A stretch of 63,525 nt of DNA, counting the filler, from Lenisia limosa (Eukaryota > Protista > Breviatea), in the NCBI GenBank assembly GCA_001655205.1. It is 12 parts of 12 records of this genome, joined end to end, with 100 filler letters (N's around TTAATTAATTAA, not from the genome) between each part and the next. Parts side by side here need not be neighbours in the genome. Positions count along the whole stretch, not along the records: positions 25,604 to 27,700 come from LPNZ01006158.1; positions 27,801 to 31,202 come from LPNZ01008071.1; positions 31,303 to 36,097 come from LPNZ01011205.1; positions 36,198 to 38,222 come from LPNZ01009828.1; positions 38,323 to 41,230 come from LPNZ01005990.1; 7 more parts are not named here. The stretch is one strand, 5' to 3'. Shown here piece by piece: positions 27,301 through 38,608 of this stretch; within the stretch, counting starts at the first letter, position 1, and each line of letters starts with the position of its first letter. The position numbers were made by a program, and so were the translations under genes. The notes beneath the pieces were generated by a model, which saw only the letters and a list, made by a program, of their open reading frames with translations, was not told the DNA's origin and did not search any database.

Positions 27301-29150
27301 AATACATTTGTGGTCCTCTTCCACCCGTTGCTTCTACTGCAATATTTGCTCCTGTAATGTATGATATCCGGCATATGACGTTATTTTTTTGTATATTCTT
27401 TATTATTTTTGAAGGTCTTTACCTTTTTTGACCAATCATTACAAGGTATTCTCGATCAGTTTTGATATCTTTGTTCATTTCTTAGAACCGAAGAGAGAGT
27501 CGCAAAGAGGAGGACAAACCCCAAACCGAAGGCAACAGCGTTGAGGCTGAAGAACCGAATGGTGACGATTTGGGTGAATTGTTTTAGTTTAGGTGACGAA
27601 AAGTATGGTAATGGATGTTGTAAACTAAGATGATATGATATGTAGCTATGTAGTTTAATTATGTAAACAGATGATCGAAGATAAAAAAAAAAGCTGAAAA
27701 NNNNNNNNNNNNNNNNNNNNNNNNNNNNNNNNNNNNNNNNNNNNTTAATTAATTAANNNNNNNNNNNNNNNNNNNNNNNNNNNNNNNNNNNNNNNNNNNN
27801 GAACTGGTCAACGAGGCCTTCAGCGAAGAGGGCATGATGCAGTACGAGACTTCATTTGTCCACCCCGGGTAGGCGGAGGCTTTTTACTGTTGATGGCTGT
27901 AATGATCTCAACCAACTAGCTTGCTCGTTTCGTTAACCATCCCCTTGCGTTGTCTTTTGCCACTTCGGACTTTTTGTTCCAGATTTAACCTTGTAGGTTC
28001 CTTGATGATGGTATCGACTTCGGCTCAGTTGGAGAGGCAGAGCAAATGTTAGCCAAATCAAATTGCTTTTGAGATTCTTCCTGCTTTGGTTGAGTAAACT
28101 TCGCTTTGCTCTTGATTAGTATGACTTTCAAGGTTCCAAGATTTTGCTTTCGACAGCTACCTGACCCAGTCAAATTCTTCTATCACCACAAATCATTATG
28201 ATGACCAGTTTGGTTTCTATTAGTTCTTTTTCATACTTTGTTCTATTTAAGCGTTGGTTTTAGTCTTATGTGTTTGTACTATTTGTAATTTTTGCAAACC
28301 TGATTTTAGAATTATATTTTCATTTTTTTTTCCCTTTTTATTGGAAGCAAGTGAGGGTTGAGTAAGGGGTTGGTAGTGAAGTGGGGTTTCCAAGCATTGG
28401 GGACCAGGATGCTTGGGAATTCTATTTCGGGATGACAGGGAGGATTTCAACGTTAGATTCCCGAGGCCACAGGATTCCAAATACGGATGAACCTGGATAC
28501 TGGCGTTTGTTTAGCTGAAGTAACAGCGCATCAAAGTAGATGATAGGATTTCTATGTGTCACTCCATTTGGACTCGTGGATAGTTGACTGCATGAGAGGG
28601 TACAGGGTGAGCCATGTGTTCAGTACACATATTTTGCTTTGAAGACAAGAGCCAACAAGAAGGCAGCAGAAAGAATAAAAACCGAAGCGATGAAAAAGAG
28701 GTCGGAGAGCATGTATTCTTCAAACATTTCAGCATTTTATACCTTCGTCAAGCATGTTGGGGTGATGTGGGGAGGGGTGGGGGCTTGGCTTCTCAGTAGT
28801 AAATTGAGGCTAAACGTGTGAACAAATGCAGCTTAAACAAGTTGAGGGTAGTAGAGGCAGACACAGTACATGTAAATGCTGGAGAAAAACTAAGTTATTC
28901 AACCCACAGAAAAAGCTCAAGGAAACATTTATCACCTTCCTGCTAAGATCATTATCCCCGCATACTGTAACCTTGTTGAGGTGGTCTCATTAATCGCTGA
29001 GCCGGAGCTAGGGGGTAAAAGTTGAAAACAGACATGGGATAGGTTCACACTGGTGAAAAAGACTTATCTATCCTCAATGTCTCTTTTTACGCAGACTGAA
29101 GCGAAGAAAATCCTAGGATTATGGTGCAACCAGACTTGAACGAAGAAAAT
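24396..29150 (+). CDS. Hypothetical multi-exon coiled-coil protein(s); spans two contig spacers and may be more than one gene or continue the WW gene
   Basis: GT-AG bounded open exons include VKITSEGSQIVMDAVNGTTIPQMVLYPVEKNDN (24690-24789), RREEERQMREALGEQRENYKKS, VLTRLAPLLNKTVDKFEFELIEKPQS, ALSAELEEEKRRLNKMRQQEAQNLKKLNEE and MKSLIYDETKDRRTMEEIQSDLQ. No family was recognised. Confidence 0.45.
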
Positions 29151-29216
29151 AACAGAATTATGGTGCAACCAGACTTGAACGAAGAAAATAACAGAATTAT
29201 GGTGCAACCAGACAAG
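29118..29216 (+). repeat. 39-bp tandem repeat (~2.5 exact copies plus a degenerate upstream copy)
   Basis: Unit ATTATGGTGCAACCAGACTTGAACGAAGAAAATAACAGA. Confidence 0.85.
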
Positions 29217-29298
29217 AGCGAAACGAAACCAGAGTGATACGATTGTATCTAAATTGGAAGAGTAAAGTAATACATAGTTATTATATAATATATAAATA

Positions 29299-29378
29299 GA
29301 GTGACTAGGATAAGTCTTGACCTATTTTTTTCCATGGAAAATCACAGAACAAATCGGTCAAGACTTATTCCTGTCACT
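29299..29378. mobile_element. Tc1-like palindromic MITE, family D (~75 bp)
   Basis: Consensus ends CAGTGAC(C)GGGATAAGTCTTGACCGATTT and its inverse, in TA-rich flanks. Copies at ~31900-31972, ~59808-59864, ~60678-60740, ~63006-63074, and partial at ~22526. Confidence 0.75.
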
Positions 29379-29449
29379 ACATACAAGTTTGTGAGAGAGG
29401 TCATGATGTAATAGTGAGCAATAGGAGTTACACATCACATGCCACTCAC

Positions 29450-31202
29450 CAGTCGGGTACATCTGCTGCATCCTTTCACCATGACTTCCAGTCCACAATG
29501 AAGCTCGGCTGTTAGCTGGGGGGGAGTAAAATTGGAAAATGTATGAAACAAAAAAAAACCCCAAATAACTCTGTTGGCTGATAACACAAGAGGTTTGAAA
29601 ACAACAAAACAAAAAAAGCCCAGGCCAATCGCTTCTGCAGCACTGCATCCCATCACTCCAGCGTNNNNNNNNNNNNNNNNNNNNNNNNNNNNNNNNNNNN
29701 NNNNNNNNNNNNNNNNNNNNNNNNNNNNNNNNNNNNNNNNNNNNNNNNNNNNNNNNNNNNNNNNNNNNNNNNNNNNNNNNNNNNNNNNNCTGAACAAATT
29801 GGAACATTTATATCAAAAATATATATCAACACACACAAAAATAAAAACTCTGTTGGATTCTGGATGTATGGCAGCTTATTAATAAATGAGGCTCACCAGG
29901 CATGTTGTGCGTGAACATTGGGGGACCACCAGGGCTGAACAGCAGACCCTAATAAGGTAAGTAAGGTCTGAGGTAACCCTAATGAGGTAAGCCGGATCTG
30001 GGATAAGTAGCATCTTCATTGCAGCGGAATTGTTATACTTGAGCTACGTATTAAATGAGAGGATTCATCGAGGAAGCTCGCCCCCTTTTTTTGGGTGTTT
30101 CTATGTGAACAGCTCAACCGCCGGATCTCATGATCAATAGAGACTTTATTGCAATCAATGAATATCCGAAAGCTGTTATCTGGCTCAATGATATAATACC
30201 AAACTGTGTGCCCAGTGAATTATGTAAGAGAAGTTTAAGCAAGAATAAGAAGACCTTGTTCAAGACGGCTTTTATGATGGGGCAAAAGTGCCGATCACTG
30301 TTCCTGTGCTTCCCACCTGTGAGTGTTGGTTGGCTTCGGCGTGCATTGGGTACATCATGGGGCGATAGCCAGCAGGACCGCCTCGGTTCATCTGCGCAGC
30401 TGTAGGTCTCACAACNNNNNNNNNNNNNNNNNNNNNNNNNNNNNNNNNNNNNNNNNNNNNNNNNNNNNNNNNNNNNNNNNNNNNNNNNNNNNNNNNNNNN
30501 NNNNNNNNNNNNNNNNNNNNNNNNNNNNNNNNNNNNNNNNNNNNNNNNNATTTTAGTAAAAAGAGAAAAGCCAGCAAAAGACCCACAGAAGGCTGAACCT
30601 GGTCGAGAGGTACGGGTGTTGTACGAGCGGCAACCTAAAGAGTCAGTTTAGGTGTTTTGAGAACAGGAATACTATGTACACGTAGTATGTACGTAGAGAT
30701 GGGAAATAAAACGAGGAAATGCTTGACCGAACTCGTCCACACCAACACGCTATAATAAGAGATTTTGGACTGTGAGAGGTACAACTAGGGCTTCACTTCG
30801 GTTCGAAAAAAGACTGAATTTCTCGATAAATCCTCGAAAGCATCGATATTTTACCAGTCTTTTTCGAACAGAAGTGAAACCAAAGATACAACACAAGTGG
30901 TACGTACCTTGACCGTTGGATTGGCGCTTTTGTTGTTCCAAGAACCTGCAGGCATCTCAGGTTCCGGCGCAGACTCCACCTCTGTTTGTGGCCTGTCCGA
31001 CTGGGGGAGGGGGTCAAAAAGAAGACTATTTATTAAGCAAACCAACTCTTATTGCTTGACAAATGAGAATGCTAATAAAGACCAAAATATTACTCATTTA
31101 ATTTTATCGAACCTGGGGTGTAGCTCGTCGCCCCCGTCGGCTGCTTTTCTGTCCTCTTGTAGGCTTTCCGGTCCTCCGAGCCGCTGGTCTCTTCTTCTCC
31201 GA
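29450..31202 (-). CDS. Hypothetical protein, low-complexity Pro/Gln/Met-rich exons (partial)
   Basis: Minus-strand exons: SDRPQTEVESAPEPEMPA (~31005-30950), VRPTAAQMNRGGPAGYRPMMYPMHAEANQHSQ (~30410-30318), GLLFSPGGPPMFTHNMP (29948-29898), LTAELHCGLEVMVKGCSRCTRL (29515-29450). Confidence 0.45.
30786..30884. mobile_element. hAT-type MITE, family A
   Basis: Same TIRs; TSD ggtacaac/gatacaac (7/8). Confidence 0.85.
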
Positions 31203-31344
31203 NNNNNNNNNNNNNNNNNNNNNNNNNNNNNNNNNNNNNNNNNNNNTTAATTAATTAANNNNNNNNNNNNNNNNNNNNNNNNNNNNNNNNNNNNNNNNNN
31301 NNCCCATCTAAATCAAGGGATAACATCATAACGGCACTGTCAAA

Positions 31345-34300
31345 ATGGGTGGCTGCTTCTCAGCGTTCATGGACACCTTCAATAGCACCTATGTGATACA
31401 GGGCAAAACTTATGTGGTATTCCGTTCTAGCTAATTCAAGGTCAAACAAAAGATTGCTGAAGGAGGGTTTTCCACCATCTTCCTTGTGAAAGACAAGGAC
31501 TCTGGAGAAAACTATGCTGTAAGTGGGGGTGGGGGGATTGGGGGATATTGCACGTTCTGTTGCGATAATGTCCCACTTCAAATTGTGAATATAAATTTCC
31601 AATTAATTGCAGGGGTCCTACTAATTTGCTCTTTGTTTTTAGGGCTTTATGCAGTTGATTGGAAATTAATTTTGAATCAGTCAATTATCACACGAGTGGA
31701 TATGAGGTATTAATCACTGCGTGGAAAATGACGGTTTACACGTGTGAAAATGATGAAAAAAAAGGATAAAACTATGGTCCTAAGAAAAAGACTTCACTTA
31801 GGTCCGAAAAAGATTGGTGAACTATCGCAAATACATATCATATATATAATATATATCTAGATATATCGGTATATAAAAATTATATTATTATTACCTATAC
31901 AGTGACGGGATAAGTCGTGCCGATTTTCCTTGGGAAACCACATTGCAAATCGGTTAAGACTTGTCCTAGTCATATATATATCACCCGCAATAAAATTGCT
32001 ACTCTGGAGGGGATTTTATCATTTTCAAACGTGTGAACTGTCATTTTCCACGCAGTGATTAATACCTCATATCCACTCGTGTGATAATTGACTGATTCAA
32101 AATTAATTTCTAATCAACTGCATAAAGCCCTAAAACAATAGAGCAAATTAGCAGGACCCCTGCAATTAATTGGAAATTTATATTCACAATTTGAAGTGGG
32201 ACATAATTGCAGCAGAACTAATGGGATGCTGTGTTGGGCTTTGTTTGTGTTTTCAATTTTCGTGAGTTTCTAGCCAACTGAGTTGATTATTTTCATAAAT
32301 TTTCCATTTTTACTCCCTCAGTTGATTTTTTATTTGTTTCATTATATTTCCAGTTTTACACCCCTAGGTGAAGCGAATTATTTGCTTCGAAGATGATCAA
32401 TTGGAACATGCTAAGAAAGAAATCCGAATGCACAACCTTTTCAAGAGTGACTACATCGTACCCCTAGGTTTTGTTTTATTCCTTCACCAGTTGCTGATGA
32501 AATGGCGTCCTCAAAAGTCCACGAGGGAGCAACGGAAGTTCTTCTACTGTATAAGTACTACATGGTAAGGTTAAGGGTCATCCACCATAAGTTGATAAGT
32601 TGATTTTGGGTTCTTTGTTTCAAAAATTTCCATTTTACCCGTGTTGCAGAAGCGGCTGGCCTGGGCTTTGTTTGGTTTGTTGTTATCAACCCTCGTGTGT
32701 NNNNNNNNNNNNNNNNNNNNNNNNNNNNNNNNNNNNNNNNNNNNNNNNNNNNNNNNNNNNNNNNNNNNNNNNNNNNNNNNNNNNNNNNNNNNNNNNNNNN
32801 NNNAAGGAAGGTGACATGATGACCGAAGGGGAGGTCCTTCATTATTTCCTTGGTAGGGTGGGGGTGACATGATGACTGAGGGGAAGGAAGATCCTTCATG
32901 TTTCCTTGGTAGGGAAGGGAAGAAAAAACTGTTTCGAATGGGGAAACAAAAGGGGGATGAGTGGAGTGTAACAAGTGCTGCATGACGTTGGTTGACAACA
33001 CACAAGGGTTGATAACAAAAAAACAAAGTCGCTTCTGCAGCCCGGTATCCCATCGCTCCAGCGTGCAGTAAACAGAGAAAACCTCCACTCATTTAAATAT
33101 TCCTGGGGGGAGTGGAGTAAAACAGTTGGAGAGGAGTGTATTATAATGACCGGGGCTTCCCTGCGCTCCCCCAGGAATATTTAAATGAGTGGAGGTTTTC
33201 TCTCTTTACTGCACGCTGGAGCGATGGGATACTGGGCTGCAGAAGCGACTTTGTTTTTTTTTATCAACCCTTGTGTGTTGTCAACCAACAGAGTTGATTT
33301 TGGGCTTTTTTTGTTTCATCAATTTTTCAGTTTAACCTCCCTCCCCAGGAATATTAAAAGGAGTGGAGGTTTTCCATCGGCGGGAGGACCCTTATTGTCA
33401 CCGGGACCTGAAACCGCATAATGTGATGTTAGGTGTGGGGGGTATAACTAGGGCTTCACTTCGGTTCGAAAAGAGTAAATTTGTCGATAAATCCTCGAAA
33501 ACTTTCGATATTTTACTGGGATTTTTCAAACCGAAGTGAAGCCCTTGGTATAATGTGTGTTGTTTAGTGTAACAAATGTAAATAGGGGTAAAGTGTGATA
33601 TAAATAGGAAGCCGTCCACTCCATCAGAAATACTGTTTGACTGGAAGGCTGAATCTTTCAACTGGCTTATCAAGTAGAAACGGACTATCGCTAACTTCCA
33701 ATCGAAATAAGTCCTTAAGGCCAATGGTGTAGAAAAAATGCCAGGCTTTCAGGCTGAAAAAAGCTGGCTGGCAGAAAGGCAGAAAAAGTCACAGGCGAAT
33801 AATAATGGGATGACATTTTTAAAGCTTCTCTAGTCATGGTAGTGGTGTACAAGGTCAATTGTTGCAACTACGGACGTTTTATTTTAAAAAAATTACAAAA
33901 TACAAGGTCAATTTTTGCAACTACAAACGTTTTTCAAAAATGAAACAATTCTAACTTTCTGTCAAAATAAGTCCTTAAGGCCGATATTGTGCAGAAATAA
34001 TGCCAGGCTTTCAGGCTGAAAAAGGCTGAATCCGTTCTCACAGAAAGGCTGAAATCTTCATAGGCGGATCTAAATGTGACCAAAACATATCATATGATAT
34101 GTACAAAAGTAAAGAAAGAGTCCAGTAATAGTCCCAACGAAACAAATCGCTAGATTTGATTGTGACTTTATCAGCCTTTCTGCCAACCAGCTTTGTTCAG
34201 CCCTGAAAGCCTGGCATTATTTCTGCACAATATCGACCTTAAGGACTTATTGTGACTGGAAGTTAGGCTTGTCTAAAAATGGGTTGTATTTTTAAAAACG

Positions 34301-36097
34301 TCTGTAGTTGCAAACATTGACCAGTTCACTTTTATTTTGTAATTATGCTCATAAAATAATACAATACTAACGACAGACACAAACAAAGCCTTCCCAGTTT
34401 TATTTGATTGTGACGGTTTTTAACCTTTCTGCCATCCAACCTATAATTTAGACAGGAAGTTAGGCAAGCAGTTATATGCAGACATGTTGATAGTCCGTTT
34501 CTACCTGATATCAGTTGCAGGATTCAACCTTTCAGTCAAACTGTATCAATGATGCTGTCCCCCCTCCCTCCCTCCTCTCCTTGTTAACCTCTTAAGAAGC
34601 GACTGGCCTGGGCTTAGTTTATTGTTTTGTTTTCACCCTCATGTGTTTCCCAAAAACTTGCCAGCAGAGTTGATTTTAGGCTTTTTTGATTCATAAATGA
34701 TTTAACTCTCGAAATTTCCTTCGTTTTACTCCCCCCTCCCACCAGACGACCCAATGAGTGATGAGGCGTTTTCGTTCTACCACCCCCTGCTGACTGATCT
34801 TGGATCGGCCATGCCGGCACGGGTTATTGTGGGGGGGGGGGATTGGGGATGCAGGGTTCAAAAAAGACTGATGAATTATCGATATTTATCGAAGATTTTT
34901 CGAGAAATTCAGTCTTTTTTAGAACCGAAGTGAAGCCCGAGAGGGATGGAGTTGAGAGTTATTGTGGAGGGTGATGAGCATATTGTGTGTGTGTGTGAGT
35001 GTGTAGATTCTAAAGCATGATTATATCTTGGAAAATTAATAATCGAATATCTTTTGTAAGCGTGATATTGTGGACGGCTTTGGCCGCTCATCTCCACATT
35101 TACAATGGTTTTGTTATTTTCCAGGTTTCTTCGAGGAAAGATGCGTTGGCAATTCAAGAAGATGCTCATGAGGTGTGAAGGGCCCCAATCTGATGGTTCT
35201 TAATTGGTTAACTCTCAATACTTTGCTGGGATGTTTATTTCAATAATTTGAGATGTTTATTTCTCTAATATGAGATGTTTAATTCTCTAATATGGTTGTG
35301 TTTGCTCATAAAGATTCTCAATGTCTTCATCTTTCTTGCTTTCTGCACTTTTTATGTCCATATAATACTGCATATAATCCTTGTGTTTTTCTCAAATGCT
35401 TGCCAACAGAGTTGATTCAAAGTTTTTGTTTCATTCATTTTCATTTTTACTCTCTCCCCCCCCCCCCCCCNNNNNNNNNNNNNNNNNNNNNNNNNNNNNN
35501 NNNNNNNNNNNNNNNNNNNNNNNNNNNNNNNTATTTATCAACAAGATTTATCCTCCCCTCCCCAGATTTTGGGCCTTTTTGTTTTGTTAATTTTTATTTC
35601 CTTCGTTTTACGTACGCTGGAGTGATGGGATGTGGTGCTGTCGAAGCGACTGGTCTGGGCTTTTTTTTTTTTGTAATAAACGCTCGTGNNNNNNNNNNGA
35701 TTTTGGGCTTTTTTATGTTTCATAAATTTACCAGTTTTACTCCCCCCCCTCCCCCAGCACGTGACCGCAGCCTACCGGCCGCCGGAGCTTTGGAATGTTG
35801 CTGCTGAAACGGTCCTATCGGAAAAAGTGGACATCTGGGTATGGGGGTGTTTCTTTTTCATTGATTTGTCAATTTCATGGATTATTCATGTATTTTCCTG
35901 GACAAAAACAGTAGTTTTCAGGAAAATGATTTTTCCCTCTTAATTGCTAGGGCTCCGGGCAATTAATTTTTTGAAGCAATTTATTCTCAACATTTGAAAT
36001 AAAAGTGTCTGAAATTGTTTTCCCCATTACAATTGGTCCTAATTTTTCTTGCTTAGGCTCTTGGGTGTGTGCTCTACGAACTAGCTTTCTTGCAACC
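31345..36097 (+). CDS. STK16: STK16/MPSK1 (NAK family) Ser/Thr kinase, 3' truncated by a gap
   Basis: The N-terminus MGGCFS fits a myristoylation/palmitoylation signal. Kinase motifs: IAEGGFSTIFLV, YAVKRIIC, KKEIRMHNLF, HRDLKPHNVML (33349-33432), LTDLGSA (34746-34822; DLG is typical of STK16), TAAYRPPELW...KVDIW (35758-35838), ALGCVLYELAF (36057-36097). Confidence 0.92.
31568..32204. mobile_element. Foldback-like element with ~190-bp inverted arms in STK16 intron 2
   Basis: 31568-31760 is the near-perfect reverse complement of 32013-32204. The loop holds a family D MITE and a partial family A MITE. A partial arm copy lies at ~58518-58590. Confidence 0.8.
33210..33348 (+). repeat. Module C: ~140-150-bp dispersed repeat ending exactly at a functional 3' splice site (representative)
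   Basis: Consensus ACGCTGGAGTGATGGGATGC.GTGCTGCAGAAGCGACTGGCCTGGGC(T)n..ATCAACCCTTGTGT..CAGCCAACAGAGTTGATTTTGGGC(T)nGTTTCA..TTTTACT(C)nAG. About 14 full or partial copies: 24229, 29516-29664(-), 32205-32367, 32590-32700, 34595-34745, 35370-35470, 35612-35757, 38203, 40611-40762(-), 40835-40895(-), 56628-56770(-), 63470. Confidence 0.88.
33449..33546. mobile_element. hAT-type MITE, family A (~85-100 bp); representative of about 20 copies
   Basis: TIR TAGGGCTTCACTTCGGTTCG...CGAACCGAAGTGAAGCCCTA; 8-bp TSD ggtataac/ggtataat. Other copies lie near 900, 21425, 21755, 22915, 23152, 24871, 25118, 30786, 31796, 34852, 36477, 37546, 38107, 39043, 57830, 58285, 59114, 59332 and 62782. A subfamily starts TAGGGCTTCCCT. 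Confidence 0.88.
33622..34554. mobile_element. Modular foldback-like element (~930 bp) in an STK16 intron
   Basis: Imperfect ~65-bp terminal inverted repeats (33622-33690 vs 34490-34554). An internal module AAATAAGTCCTTAAGGCC...ATGCCAGGCTTTCAGGCTGAAAAA occurs twice forward (~33705, ~33965) and once inverted (~34185-34255). No ORF. Confidence 0.72.
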
Positions 36098-36197
36098 NNN
36101 NNNNNNNNNNNNNNNNNNNNNNNNNNNNNNNNNNNNNNNNNTTAATTAATTAANNNNNNNNNNNNNNNNNNNNNNNNNNNNNNNNNNNNNNNNNNNN

Positions 36198-37907
36198 AAA
36201 CCAGGGCTATTTCGGTCTTCTCAACACTGGTCCAAAAAGCATCGTATAAAGTCCGGGCCTCCTCCTTCCCGTCACTTATCAACAGGACCTCTGTGGGGGG
36301 GGGGCGTCTTTGTTTTGTTTTTTGTTTTTTGGAAAAGAGAAGTCCGTAATCTATTGAAACGAAGACACAGAACATTGAAACAAATAAAAAACACAGGACA
36401 TCATAAGACATATTTGCGCTGTATTCTTTAGTGGCTAAAACTGGGCGTTGATGTCAAATGTTTTGAAAGCAAGTCTTGAGCTTCGGTTCCACAAAGACTG
36501 AATTTCTCGATAAATCCTTGAAACTATCGATATTGCTTTTGTTGCTTACAGATATCAATTTCAAATCTCACACTGCAGTATTTGGCAGCGACCCGATTTT
36601 CTGTGTCAAAATGCCTGGACAGTGCTACAGCTGGTGGGGGAGTGGGGTGATGGGTGGATATGTGGAATCCCATGGACTTCTTTGGTGTAGATAGCAATAA
36701 ATAATAATAATAAAAAAAAACAAGATTGTATCTTGCCTAAGCCGTCCACACCATCACGCTTAAAAATATTGAAGTATAATATTACAGTATTACTTCATTC
36801 AATGATTTGCCTTACAACTCTGGGTATTTGGACCGTTTTTCGAAAAACAATTTAGAGCTTTAATAATTCCAATTTCAGTCACATTTTTTTAATGTACGAC
36901 TTTAGACCTGACTACCAGAATTGAAAAAAGACCCATTTGTAATACCCGTATTGGCGAATTTAGACCCTTATCAAATGCCTATTACGATTTTAGACTTGAG
37001 TCACCAGATTCGCGAGTCCCTTTGGCACAACCTGGGCCGGGCAGTTTTGGCCATCACCGCTGAGAGCCNNNNNNNNNNNNNNNNNNNNNNNNNNNNNNNN
37101 NNNNNNNNNNNNNNNNNNNNNNNNNNNNNNNNNNNNNNNNNNNNNNNNNNNNNNNNNNNNNNNNNNNNNNNNNNNNNNNNNNNNNNNNNNNNNNNNNNNN
37201 NNNNNNNNNNNNNNNNNNNNNNNNNNNNNNNNNNNNNNNNNNNNNNNNNNNNNNNNNNNNNNNNNNNNNNNNNNNNNNNNNNNNNNNNNNNNNNNNNNNN
37301 NNNNNNNNNNNNNNNNNNNNNNNNNNNNNNNNNNNNNNNCGGCCTTCTAATTCCGCCCCATGATCACACCTCTCTGTGGGGGGGGGGGTGCTGAAAGAGG
37401 ATTTTGTGTTATTCTACATGGAGATTGCATGAAATAGCAGTGTGATTTGACCACATTTTAACTGTATTATATCGCTTACTATGCTTAAACAACAAATCGA
37501 AAAAGATAAAGATGTTTTAAAAGTGAATTGTATTTGGAGCTTCCCTACGTTCCCAAAAATGACTTAATTTCTCGATAAATATCGATATTTTACCCGTCTT
37601 TTTTGATCGTAGGGAAGCGCTTATGGTATAATAGTTTTTTTATTATTGAGGGTATACAATNNNNNNNNNNNNNNNNNNNNNNNNNNNNNNNNNNNNNNNN
37701 NNNNNNNNNNNNNNNNNNNNNNNNNNNNNNNNNNNNNNNNNNNNNNNNNNNNNNNNNNNNNNNNNNNNNNNNNNNNNNNNNNNNNNNNNNNNNNNNNNNN
37801 NNNNNNNNNNNNNNNNNNNNNNNNNNNGAAGAAAGCCCAACGTCGCGTGACTTGGACTTCAAGCTAGTTCAGCTTTTGACCGGGATTGTGTTGCCACGAA
37901 TGCGGGG
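36198..37907 (+). CDS. Hypothetical helical-repeat-like protein fragment
   Basis: Gap-broken exons RAISVFSTLVQKASYKVRASSFPSLINRTS, IRESLWHNLGRAVLAITAES, GLLIPPHDHTSL and EESPTSRDLDFKLVQLLTGIVLPRMR; those not cut by gaps end at GT donors. Confidence 0.4.
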
Positions 37908-38608
37908 TTGGTGAGGGAGTTTCACTTTAAGTTCTAGGGAGTTTCAAGTTGTTTGATGGATGTTGTTGGTTTTGTCCCCCTCTGCTCATATCCCTTCAGA
38001 ATACACCTCTGATACCTTCTTCAACTCCCATAATACATATATAGATATACGGTAATTAAGCGTCACCCAAATACCCCATCCCCGCCTGCTCTAACGTACC
38101 TACCATTAGGGCTTCCCTACGTTCCGAAAAAGACCGGTCAAATATTGATATTTGTCGAGGATTTATCGAGAAAAGCCCTACATATCATAGAACTGCATAC
38201 CATAGAACTGCAGAAGCGACTGNNNNNNNNNNNNNNNNNNNNNNNNNNNNNNNNNNNNNNNNNNNNTTAATTAATTAANNNNNNNNNNNNNNNNNNNNNN
38301 NNNNNNNNNNNNNNNNNNNNNNGGGGGGGGGGGGAAGTGGAAAATTTATAATGAATAAAATAAAGTGAAATAAAAAAGACAGATTAGAATGCACTGCAAG
38401 CAAACACGTAGACAATACAACCAGCAGTTGAGATGCGGCTGGAATCGAAACAAAAAAAAAATAGATTCATAATAGTTACGATATAGAAAATATCCATGGG
38501 GATTCAGTCTTGAGCCAAAAGTGAAGTTACATTTCTATTTTCCCCTTGATATGCAATGTTACTCTATAATATTATTACTTTTTCAAAAAAACCCCATGGT
38601 ATTCCCAC

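Noticed and set aside
29118-29216. 39-bp repeat as a CRISPR array
   Set aside because: The units are head-to-tail with no spacers and no cas genes, in a eukaryotic context.
36198-36300. Minus-strand exon via a CCCCACAG acceptor
   Set aside because: Neighbouring exons on this contig are plus-strand, and the same bases read as a CT|GTGGGG donor.
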